This document shows, piece by piece, positions 30,249 to 37,909 of a DNA stretch of 64,000 bases. Every line of letters begins with the position of its first letter. Within the stretch, counting starts at the first letter, position 1. This DNA is from Candidatus Omnitrophota bacterium (GTDB lineage: Bacteria > Omnitrophota > Gorgyraeia > Zapsychrales > Fredricksoniimonadaceae): NCBI GenBank assembly GCA_015228785.1, contig JADGCU010000002.1, forward strand, positions 16,509 through 80,508. The letters run 5' to 3'. The notes under the pieces were generated by a model. It was given only the letters and a program-made list of their open reading frames with translations, was not told the DNA's origin and ran no database searches. Both the position numbers and the translations under genes were made by a program.

Positions 30249-30299
30249 TTATTTCTTCTTCTTTGCGACTTTCTTCACAGCTTTCTTTTTGGTAGCCAT
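30249..30299 (-). CDS. 16-aa Lys-rich microprotein MATKKKAVKKVAKKKK
   Basis: Manual translation; SD AAGGAG upstream; promoter TTTACA-17-TATTAT with extended -10; downstream terminator. Confidence 0.7.
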   Translation of the reverse strand: MATKKKAVKKVAKKKK

Positions 30300-30510
30300 T
30301 TGTGTCAGTCTCCTTTCCTATGCGAAATGTTATCCATTGAATGTATAATAACACATGGCCTTTGAGTTGTAAAAAATAATCTTTTAAATTTTCTAATTCT
30401 TTGAGGATATTTCTTTTTAGAATTATACTTCTGTCGACGAGAGATAAGGCGGGCGGTAAAAAATAACGTGGCTTCATGAAAAAAAGGCTTTAAAAAGAAG
30501 AAAATTATTT

Positions 30511-31617
30511 ATGAGTTCATCTTCGCTCTATATTCATATTCCTTTTTGCGGAAAGAAGTGTTTGTTTTGTTCTTTTTCAGTAGCTGTGAATCAAGCCAAC
30601 TATGTGAATGCGTATTTGAAAGCTCTCAGGCAAGAAGCTCTACGATATCAAGGAACAAGGCTTTCTACTCTTTATATTGGAGGAGGCACGCCGTCTTTTT
30701 TATCGGAAGAACAGATTGATGCCTTGTTCGTGCTTGTGAGTGAGCAGTTTATGAGGGAGGATGGTTGTGAGGTTACGTTTGAATGTAATCCGGAAAGTGT
30801 TACGGAGAGCAAGGCGCGTCTTTTGCGTCGCTGTGGCGTGACGCGTGTGAGTCTGGGCATTCAGTCTATGAGGGATCGTATTCTAACCTCACTTGGTCGT
30901 GCACATTCTCAAGAAGATGCGGAGAGGGCTTTTTCTTTCCTGCGATCAGCGGGCCATGAGAACATCAGTGTAGATTTTATGTACGGGATGGAAGGGCAGT
31001 CGCATGAAGATATTGATCAAGATCTTGCTGATATGATACGCTTGGGAAGCGAACATGTGTCGATCTATGCGCTCACTGTCGAGGAGCGTAGTCTTCTCTT
31101 TGTACGTAAGGGGCAGACGCCAGGGGCTGGCGATGCTGATCTTTATGAGGGCATCTGTTCTTTCTTGGAGAATGCGGGTATTTCTCAATATGAGATCAGT
31201 AATTTTTCGCGTGCAAGTTTTGAGTCGAGGCATAATATTAATTACTGGCAGGGTGGAGAGTATATCGGTTTGGGTATGGCGGCGCATTCGCATGTGGCCG
31301 GTCGTCGTTTCTGGAATCAAGATACCCTTTCCAAATATTTGAATGCTATTTCGCAGGAAGGGCATGCTGTTGTTGGCGAAGAAAGACTCACGCCAAAGGA
31401 TAAGATGATAGAAGTGCTTCTTTTTTCTCTTCGTATGAATCGTGGGATTAATTTAGATGATTTACAGAAGAGGTTCCATGCGGATATCCCACCCGAGAAG
31501 ATAGAGGTGATGGAAAGTTTTATTGAAATGGGGTTGTTAGAGGAGGACGGGATGGTTCTTCGCACAACAGTACGCGGGCGCAGTGTTCTTGATGAAATTT
31601 CAGCGAGGCTGGTTTAG
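30511..31617 (+). CDS. hemW: Radical SAM heme chaperone HemW (HemN-like)
   Basis: LYIHIPFCGKKCLFC, GGGTPS, YEISNF and HNINYW. Confidence 0.88.
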   Translation: MSSSSLYIHIPFCGKKCLFCSFSVAVNQANYVNAYLKALRQEALRYQGTRLSTLYIGGGTPSFLSEEQIDALFVLVSEQFMREDGCEVTFECNPESVTESKARLLRRCGVTRVSLGIQSMRDRILTSLGRAHSQEDAERAFSFLRSAGHENISVDFMYGMEGQSHEDIDQDLADMIRLGSEHVSIYALTVEERSLLFVRKGQTPGAGDADLYEGICSFLENAGISQYEISNFSRASFESRHNINYWQGGEYIGLGMAAHSHVAGRRFWNQDTLSKYLNAISQEGHAVVGEERLTPKDKMIEVLLFSLRMNRGINLDDLQKRFHADIPPEKIEVMESFIEMGLLEEDGMVLRTTVRGRSVLDEISARLV

Positions 31618-32631
31618 ATGGTCAAAAAAATAATTATATTTGTTCTTATTCTTTTGGGGTGTTTCACCGGCGGGTTACTTTGGATCATTAATGACCCTCG
31701 CCCTTTGTCGAATATGGTGCGCTGGTCTGTTGAACGGGCGATCCCAGGTGTTCGTTTTTCGGAGCTTAAGATTGCGAAGCAGAATTTCTTTTGGCCTGCG
31801 AGGGTCGTCTTTGAGAACGTTTCATGTAGAGCGCAGATTGCGGGTCATTCTTTGGCTGTTAAGGCGAAAACCCTTGAATTCTCGAAATTCGTGTCACTGC
31901 CTTCTTTAAAAAGATCGGTCAATTGTTATTTGTCGGGAGGAGAGGTTGATTTTGAACCAGGCAAGGCACGTGGGCTAACCGCTCAATTGGAAATTTCAGT
32001 TTCAAATAAGGGGGCTACTGTTGTTGCAGGACCGTTAACAGTCGAGGCACTTATGTGGGATAAGATCAAAGCAGGAAAGACGAGTTGTCAGTTGAAGAGC
32101 GATGTCAAATCTGTTGAGTTGAGCGACGTTCGTTCTGAGGCTTACGGGGGCACCATTACGGGGATGGCGCATATGATCATCAAGTCGCTTAGTTATGCGG
32201 TGGATATTAATTTCGATCGACTTCAGACATCAAGGTTGGCAGAATTTAACGAGCAGATAAGCGCTCAGATGGCAGGACGTATTTCAGGGATTGTGCATGT
32301 TACAGGTAATGCCTTGCGCCCTACATTGATTGACGCTGATCTTAAGATGCCTTCGGGGGGGAAAGTCAATGCGGCATTGTTATCAGCGTTAACACAGTAT
32401 TTGCCTAAGTCGCAGGAAAGAGCAAGGTTGGATGTTTTGATCAAGAATGGCGGAAAGCTTGCGGTTGAGGTTTTTTCATTTACAATAAAGAGCAATACAC
32501 CAGATCATTTGTCGGGATTGATTAAGCTTGCCAGTAAAGATGCAAATATTGAGCTTAACTTGACGCATGATATTCTGACTGATGGGACATGGGATGGGTT
32601 GGTTCAGTATTGGCAGACGATTTTTAAATAA
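31618..32631 (+). CDS. AsmA-like / YdbH-like protein
   Basis: N-terminal TM, beta-rich body with AYGGTITG; directly upstream of ynbE-like and ydbL-like genes. Confidence 0.6.
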   Translation: MVKKIIIFVLILLGCFTGGLLWIINDPRPLSNMVRWSVERAIPGVRFSELKIAKQNFFWPARVVFENVSCRAQIAGHSLAVKAKTLEFSKFVSLPSLKRSVNCYLSGGEVDFEPGKARGLTAQLEISVSNKGATVVAGPLTVEALMWDKIKAGKTSCQLKSDVKSVELSDVRSEAYGGTITGMAHMIIKSLSYAVDINFDRLQTSRLAEFNEQISAQMAGRISGIVHVTGNALRPTLIDADLKMPSGGKVNAALLSALTQYLPKSQERARLDVLIKNGGKLAVEVFSFTIKSNTPDHLSGLIKLASKDANIELNLTHDILTDGTWDGLVQYWQTIFK

Positions 32632-32641
32632 AGGAGAGGGT

Positions 32642-32833
32642 ATGCGACGAACACGATCAAAGGTGTTTTTATTCTTGGCCGCACTGGCTTTGGCCGGATG
32701 TACGGTCAAGGCGGTCGGGGATCCTAATCGGCCGATCACGATCAATGCGCACATTACAATTGATATTAAGGGGTTGCAGAAGACGGCGAGCAACATCGAG
32801 GATATGGTGAGCGGGGGGGCAGAAACAAAATAA
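32642..32833 (+). CDS. YnbE-like lipoprotein
   Basis: Lipobox LAGC and RPITINAHITIDI; SD AAGGAG. Confidence 0.7.
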   Translation: MRRTRSKVFLFLAALALAGCTVKAVGDPNRPITINAHITIDIKGLQKTASNIEDMVSGGAETK

Positions 32834-32888
32834 CAGGATCGCAGGCTCTTAAGGGCATGAGTTACGGCTAATATTTTAAGGAGGACAT

Positions 32889-33287
32889 ATGAAAAGGTAT
32901 TTGATTTCAATCGTGGTGATGGTCGCTGTGTGTGGCGCGGTGTTCGCGCAGTCGTATGATATCAAGGAAATGACGCCCGCAGTGAAGTCGGCTCTGGAAG
33001 GACGCAAGGCACGTTTTTCAGAATTAAAAGCGCTTAAGTCACAGGGCTTGGTGGGGGAAACGAATCGGGGGTATGTTCAGGTATTTGGTGGTGATTCTAC
33101 CGTGAAGAACTTGGTTGCTTCTGAGAATAAGGATCGCAAAGCTGTTTATCTTGCGATTATCGATCAGAACAATCTTGGCGCCGGAGCACTTGATGCAGTG
33201 GAGAATGTCTTTGCGGGTGTTCAGCGTGATAAGGCGTCATCTGGAGATAAAATCCAGGATGAATCAGGGGAGTGGGGCGTTAAATAG
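32889..33287 (+). CDS. YdbL-family (DUF1318) exported protein
   Basis: Signal peptide; GLVGETNRGYV, ENKDRKAVY and IQDESGEW. Confidence 0.8.
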   Translation: MKRYLISIVVMVAVCGAVFAQSYDIKEMTPAVKSALEGRKARFSELKALKSQGLVGETNRGYVQVFGGDSTVKNLVASENKDRKAVYLAIIDQNNLGAGALDAVENVFAGVQRDKASSGDKIQDESGEWGVK

Positions 33288-33312
33288 AGGTAAGCATTTA
33301 TTGGTGTTATTG

Positions 33313-33349
33313 AAAAAGCCCTTTGCGGTTATTCGCAGAGGGTTTTTTA
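33313..33349. terminator. Bidirectional terminator
   Basis: AAAAAGCCCTTTGCG...CGCAGAGGGTTTTTT between convergent genes. Confidence 0.75.
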
Positions 33350-33434
33350 TTTGGCAAGGATGTTTGTCAAATACCACGAAGCTATTAGGGAGGGTATGAC
33401 GAGTTTAGGCTTTAGGATATTCGTGATAAAGTAG

Positions 33435-34526
33435 TTAGGAAATTTTAATAGTTAGGCCGTTCTTTTCAGCGACATGTTGTGATTGTTGGAAAAGGGTGAA
33501 GAGAGACTCGCCGATAAGGGTGCGGTAAGAAGTGTGCATAGAAAGTGAGCGGAGGATTTTGTCTGCTTCTTTGATGCGTGATTTGACAGCCATGAATGCG
33601 TAGTTAAGGGATCTGGCTTCAATGAGGAGCGTTTTGATCGTTTCAAGGTCTTTTAAGGTCTTCTTGGGTTTATTGAAGATTTTTAGGAAGGTTGAATATT
33701 TCTTGCCTTTCAGAGTACGGGCGGCATGAACGATGAGAAGCGTCTTTTTCTTTTCATCTAAGTCGCTCAGGATAGACTTGCCAATTTTCTTTTCTGTCTC
33801 AAAGAGCCCGATAATATCATCTTGAATTTGAAAAGCTTGTCCAATGAGAAGTCCAAATTGGGAAAGTTTTCTGATCTCGCTTTTTCTTGCGCCTGAGAGG
33901 ATCGCTCCTGTCACGAGAGGGCAGTCAAAGGTGTAGCGTGCGGTTTTTAGCGAATAATTCAAGAAAACATCTTTTTCCCGGATATTTTTCAGTTGATTTA
34001 CACCTTGAACGGTGTCGATAAATTCTCCCATAGCTGTAAAGGCTGCGGTCTGGATGAAATATTTGAGGGCTTGTTCTTTGCGGCGCGGTTCTTCATTGAT
34101 CGATAGAAAAGCATCGATCGCCAGAGCGTAGACGATATCTCCTGCGATGATGGCAAGATCGATCCCCAGTTTATCCTGATCAACGCAGGGGATGGTCTTG
34201 CGCAGGACACGATGCATGGTTGGCTTGCCGCGCCTGAGGTCTGAGCGGTCGATGATATCATCATGGATGAGCATAAAATTGTGCAGGAATTCGATACAAG
34301 TGGAGGCATTGTAAACCGCACGGTTGGGTTTTTTATTTAGGGGGGCGTAGCCTAGGTAGCTTAACAGGAGAAGCAGGGGGCGGATGCGCTTACCCGGGCG
34401 TAAGGAAAATTCGAGGATGCTTTCATAGAGAATGGGATTAATAAGATGCAGCCGGTATTCTTTCTTGATCTGAGTGAGAAAGGTGGCGATGCTGGTATCG
34501 ATCTCTTTGCGTAATTGGTTCAACAT
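33435..34526 (-). CDS. Polyprenyl diphosphate synthase (GGPP/IdsA-like)
   Basis: GKRIRP, HDDIIDRSDLRRG, KTARYT and FQIQDD. Confidence 0.92.
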   Translation of the reverse strand: MLNQLRKEIDTSIATFLTQIKKEYRLHLINPILYESILEFSLRPGKRIRPLLLLLSYLGYAPLNKKPNRAVYNASTCIEFLHNFMLIHDDIIDRSDLRRGKPTMHRVLRKTIPCVDQDKLGIDLAIIAGDIVYALAIDAFLSINEEPRRKEQALKYFIQTAAFTAMGEFIDTVQGVNQLKNIREKDVFLNYSLKTARYTFDCPLVTGAILSGARKSEIRKLSQFGLLIGQAFQIQDDIIGLFETEKKIGKSILSDLDEKKKTLLIVHAARTLKGKKYSTFLKIFNKPKKTLKDLETIKTLLIEARSLNYAFMAVKSRIKEADKILRSLSMHTSYRTLIGESLFTLFQQSQHVAEKNGLTIKIS

Positions 34527-34651
34527 GGGAATTATGCTAACACAAGGCGGTCAAAAGTGAAAAGCAAAAAGTGAGAATAGGTCCTTGTTCGCCGAGCTTG
34601 TATGGCTATCGAATTTTGTACTTTTTGTATTTTTCAGTTTTGTGAATTCTG

Positions 34652-34679
34652 TTGACCTTGAGAGGAAAACATTTACAAT
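34652..34679 (+). promoter_or_regulatory. Putative sigma70 promoter ahead of the structured leader
   Basis: TTGACC-16 nt-TACAAT. Confidence 0.55.
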
Positions 34680-34681
34680 CA

Positions 34682-34845
34682 AATAAACCTAAATTTTGCA
34701 TTCCATATTTTTTGTTGAAAGCTCGAGGCAAAAGGGAATGCAGAATTTCCTTCGGCTGCGCCGGAGGCACGGGGTTATTCCTTTCATTCGCAGCTTGTTG
34801 GGAATGAAGGCCTTTCGGGCAGATTTTGTTTCTATCGCAAAATCC
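34682..34845 (+). ncRNA. Candidate structured leader RNA or ncRNA; family not recognised
   Basis: Five to six consecutive helices, including 14-bp AAATTTTGCATTCC/GGAATGCAGAATTT. Confidence 0.4.
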
Positions 34846-34877
34846 GGGATAAAATTGGTGAAATGAGGAGGAAGAAT

Positions 34878-35615
34878 ATGCGAAATATCTTTTTGGTGCT
34901 GGTCAGCCTTTTTATAGCCATGCCATGTTGGGCGGCCAAGATCTATTTGAACAGTGGATCAATGGTAGAGGGAAAGGTTGTTGAAACGGCGTCTGACTCG
35001 GTAAAAGTTGATGTGGGTGGCGTTCCTGTGACGTATTATAAAGATGAGATCGCCAGAATTGAAGGCGATGATGATGCGGCAAGGGCTCTGGGTCTTGATG
35101 GGGGATCTTCAGGTCAGGCTGAGCCTGTTTCGCAAGCTTCTGATACGCAGGCGGTTGTTCCAGTTGTAGCACCCGTTGCCGATATGCCTCAGGCATCTTC
35201 TCCAGAAGTGGCGCAGGCCGAGTCTCAACAAATCGCACCGGTTCAGGCTTCGAGTATGGTTGCGCCACAAAAAAGGGAACTGATTTTGAAATTTATTGAT
35301 GCGTTTGGAACCCGTCAGGCCATGGTTTCTAATTTTGCGCAGATGTTAACGCAATTGCCTGCTGATCAGGCTGAGAAGCTACGCGGGATTTTCAGCGTTG
35401 ATGCGATCATTCAAGAACTGGTTCCGGTTTACGATAGGCATTTTTCGGAAGCAGAGCTTACGTCCTTTATTAATTTCTATTCTTCTGTGGAAGGGCGGAA
35501 GTTGGTGTCCACTGTTCCGCAAATTATGAAAGAAAGTGTTGATGTGAGCGCGAAATATTTTGAGGCCCGCATGCCAGAGGAGCTGAAGAACCTTCCTGCG
35601 CCTAAAGCAAAATAA
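34878..35615 (+). CDS. Exported DUF2059-domain protein
   Basis: Signal peptide, small N-terminal beta domain, P/A/Q linker, then YDRHFSEAELTSFINFYSSVEGRKL. Confidence 0.75.
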   Translation: MRNIFLVLVSLFIAMPCWAAKIYLNSGSMVEGKVVETASDSVKVDVGGVPVTYYKDEIARIEGDDDAARALGLDGGSSGQAEPVSQASDTQAVVPVVAPVADMPQASSPEVAQAESQQIAPVQASSMVAPQKRELILKFIDAFGTRQAMVSNFAQMLTQLPADQAEKLRGIFSVDAIIQELVPVYDRHFSEAELTSFINFYSSVEGRKLVSTVPQIMKESVDVSAKYFEARMPEELKNLPAPKAK

Positions 35616-35640
35616 TTTCATTTTAAATGTTTTTACAAGA

Positions 35641-35671
35641 ACGTAAGCCCATGTAAATCATGGGCTTACGT
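35641..35671 (+). terminator. Perfect 13-bp inverted repeat, likely a terminator
   Basis: ACGTAAGCCCATG-TAAAT-CATGGGCTTACGT. Confidence 0.55.
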
Positions 35672-35780
35672 ATTTATAGGCAGATTTAGTTTGATTTTAT
35701 TATATTATTTTGTTATATTAATGCCTCTTTTCATAAGCTTTATATGTAACCATATATCAATTCCACAAAGGAGATAAGGT

Positions 35781-37076
35781 ATGATCGATAGGTATACACT
35801 TTCAAAGATGGGGCGTATTTGGTCTGAGCAGCATAAGCTTGAGATCATGCTCCAAATCGAGGTTCTGGCCTGTGAGGCCATGTGTCAGTTAGGAAAAATC
35901 CCCAAGCCTGCTCTTGAAAAGATCAAAAAGAATGCAAAGTTTGACTTAGATGAGGTCAAGCGCATTGAAGAGCGGACCAGACACGATGTTGTGGCATTTA
36001 TTCACAATGTTGGCGAGAATCTTGGTCCTGAAGCGCAATATCTTCATATGGGCATGACATCCTCTGATCTTCTGGATACATCCATGTCCGTTCAGTGTTG
36101 GGAGGCGTCGGAAATTCTTATTAATGATACGAAAAAGCTTTTGGCTGTTCTTAAGGCTAAGGCCAAGAAATATAAGGATACAGTTTGCATCGCGCGGACC
36201 CATGGCGTTCATGCGGAACCCATGACCTTTGGATTGAAGCTGGCTCTTTGGTACGATGAAATGCGCAGGAATTTGGCTCGTCTTGAGGCCGCTGCCGAGG
36301 ATATGCGCGTCGGAAAACTTTCTGGCGCCGTGGGGACATATGCGAATGTGGATCCCTTTGTCGAGGAATATGTCTGCCAGAAGATGAATCTTAAGGCCGC
36401 GAATATTGCGACTCAAGTCATCCAGCGCGATCATCATGCCAATTACATGAATGTGTTGGCGTTAGTAGGCGCGTCTTTGAACAAGTTTGCGACCGAGATC
36501 CGCCTTTTACAGAAAACCGAGGTTCTCGAGGTTGAGGAACCTTTTTTCAAGGGTCAGATCGGGTCTTCTGCCATGCCGCATAAGCGTAATCCTGTGACAT
36601 GTGAACGTATTTCCGGGTTGTCGAGGATCCTTAAGGCCAATGCCTCTGTGGCCCTTGATAATATTGCGTTGTGGCATGAGCGTGATATCAGTCATAGCTC
36701 GGCTGAACGCGTTATTATTCCAGATTCAACGATCGCTCTGGATTATATGTTGAACAAATTCATCCCGCTTATTGACGGGCTTTTGGTTTATCCGAAGAAT
36801 ATGATCAGTAGTCTCCAGACGACCCGTGGGCTCATTTATTCGCAGCGTTGTCTCCTGGAGCTTATGAAGAAAGGCGTGACCCGTACGGAAGCGTATGATG
36901 TGATCCAGAGTTGTGCTATGCAGGTTTGGCAGGAGACATCTGATTTTCGGGATGTTCTCAGCCGCGATCGGCGTGTGCGCAAATTCATGAGCAAGGAAGA
37001 GATCGATGCCTGCTTTGATATCAAGTATTACATCAAGCACCGGGATTATATCTTTAAAAGGGTTGGGATTAAATAA
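35781..37076 (+). CDS. purB: Adenylosuccinate lyase
   Basis: TRHDVVAF, RTHGVHAEP and SSAMPHKRNP. Confidence 0.97.
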   Translation: MIDRYTLSKMGRIWSEQHKLEIMLQIEVLACEAMCQLGKIPKPALEKIKKNAKFDLDEVKRIEERTRHDVVAFIHNVGENLGPEAQYLHMGMTSSDLLDTSMSVQCWEASEILINDTKKLLAVLKAKAKKYKDTVCIARTHGVHAEPMTFGLKLALWYDEMRRNLARLEAAAEDMRVGKLSGAVGTYANVDPFVEEYVCQKMNLKAANIATQVIQRDHHANYMNVLALVGASLNKFATEIRLLQKTEVLEVEEPFFKGQIGSSAMPHKRNPVTCERISGLSRILKANASVALDNIALWHERDISHSSAERVIIPDSTIALDYMLNKFIPLIDGLLVYPKNMISSLQTTRGLIYSQRCLLELMKKGVTRTEAYDVIQSCAMQVWQETSDFRDVLSRDRRVRKFMSKEEIDACFDIKYYIKHRDYIFKRVGIK

Positions 37077-37103
37077 GACGAAGAATTGAAAAGGGAGTTT
37101 CCT

Positions 37104-37811
37104 ATGGAAAAGAGAGAAAAACTCTACGAAGGCAAAGCCAAGATCATGTACGCGACGGATGATGCGGATCTTGTGATCCAGTATTTTAAGGATGACGCGA
37201 CGGCGTTTAATGCCAAGAAAAAGGGGACAATTGATGAAAAGGGGATCATGAACAATGCGATCTCTTGCAAGGTATTTGAGTTTCTTGGCGCGAACGGGAT
37301 CCCAACGCATCTGGTCAAGAAGCTTTCGGATCGCGAGATGTTGGTGAAGAAGGTCGAGATCGTCCCGGTGGAGGTCATTATTCGCAATCGCGCTGCAGGT
37401 TCGTTGTGCCGTAATTATGGGGTGCAGGAAGGCAAGATCCTTTCCCGGCCGATTTTTGAGTTCTGTTACAAGAATGATGCGTTCAATGATCCTCTCATGA
37501 ATGAAGATCACGTGGTTGGCCTAGGGCTCGCGACCGAGAAAGAGGTCGCTCGCATGCGTGAGCTTACGATGAAGGTGAACGAGCTTATGAAGAAGTTCTT
37601 TCTCGCGCTTAATATCGAGCTTATTGATTTCAAGATTGAGTTCGGTCGATTTAAGGGGGAGATTATTTTGGCGGATGAAGTGTCCCCTGATACCTGTCGT
37701 TTATGGGAGGTTGGGACGGGCGTACGTTTGGACAAGGATCGTTTTCGTCAGGATTTGGGGAATATTAAAGAAGGTTATCAGGAAGTTTTAAAGAGAGTTA
37801 CTGGAAAATAA
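37104..37811 (+). CDS. purC: SAICAR synthetase
   Basis: LYEGKAK, DFKIEFG, DEVSPDTCRLW and DKDRFR. Confidence 0.97.
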   Translation: MEKREKLYEGKAKIMYATDDADLVIQYFKDDATAFNAKKKGTIDEKGIMNNAISCKVFEFLGANGIPTHLVKKLSDREMLVKKVEIVPVEVIIRNRAAGSLCRNYGVQEGKILSRPIFEFCYKNDAFNDPLMNEDHVVGLGLATEKEVARMRELTMKVNELMKKFFLALNIELIDFKIEFGRFKGEIILADEVSPDTCRLWEVGTGVRLDKDRFRQDLGNIKEGYQEVLKRVTGK

Positions 37812-37909
37812 ATCGGTCAGACCAAATCGTGAGAAGGGGACGTAAACGCCATAAGGGTTGCGTTCTGCTTCTCACGTCTTACGTCTCACCTTACATAAAG
37901 CATTCATAT

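Noticed and set aside
30042-30299. Lys-rich peptides as lysine attenuator leaders
   Set aside because: No downstream same-strand biosynthetic gene; each ORF is a closed promoter-ORF-terminator unit facing a convergent gene.
30144-30477. ORF-track entries 30144..30365 (+) and 30244..30477 (-)
   Set aside because: No SD or recognisable motif. They overlap the promoters, terminators and better-supported micro-ORFs in other frames.
34682-35780. Purine, ZTP or c-di-GMP riboswitch, 6S RNA or SRP RNA ahead of the pur operon
   Set aside because: Consensus motifs were not recognised by eye, and the structured element is separated from purB by a gene and a probable terminator. An Rfam scan is needed to exclude this formally.
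37829-37909. N-terminal extensions of PurL (and of DAHP synthase, HrcA, DnaJ and the hybrid kinase) in the ORF track
   Set aside because: The upstream starts run through promoters, hairpin repeats or preceding genes; downstream starts match family N-termini.
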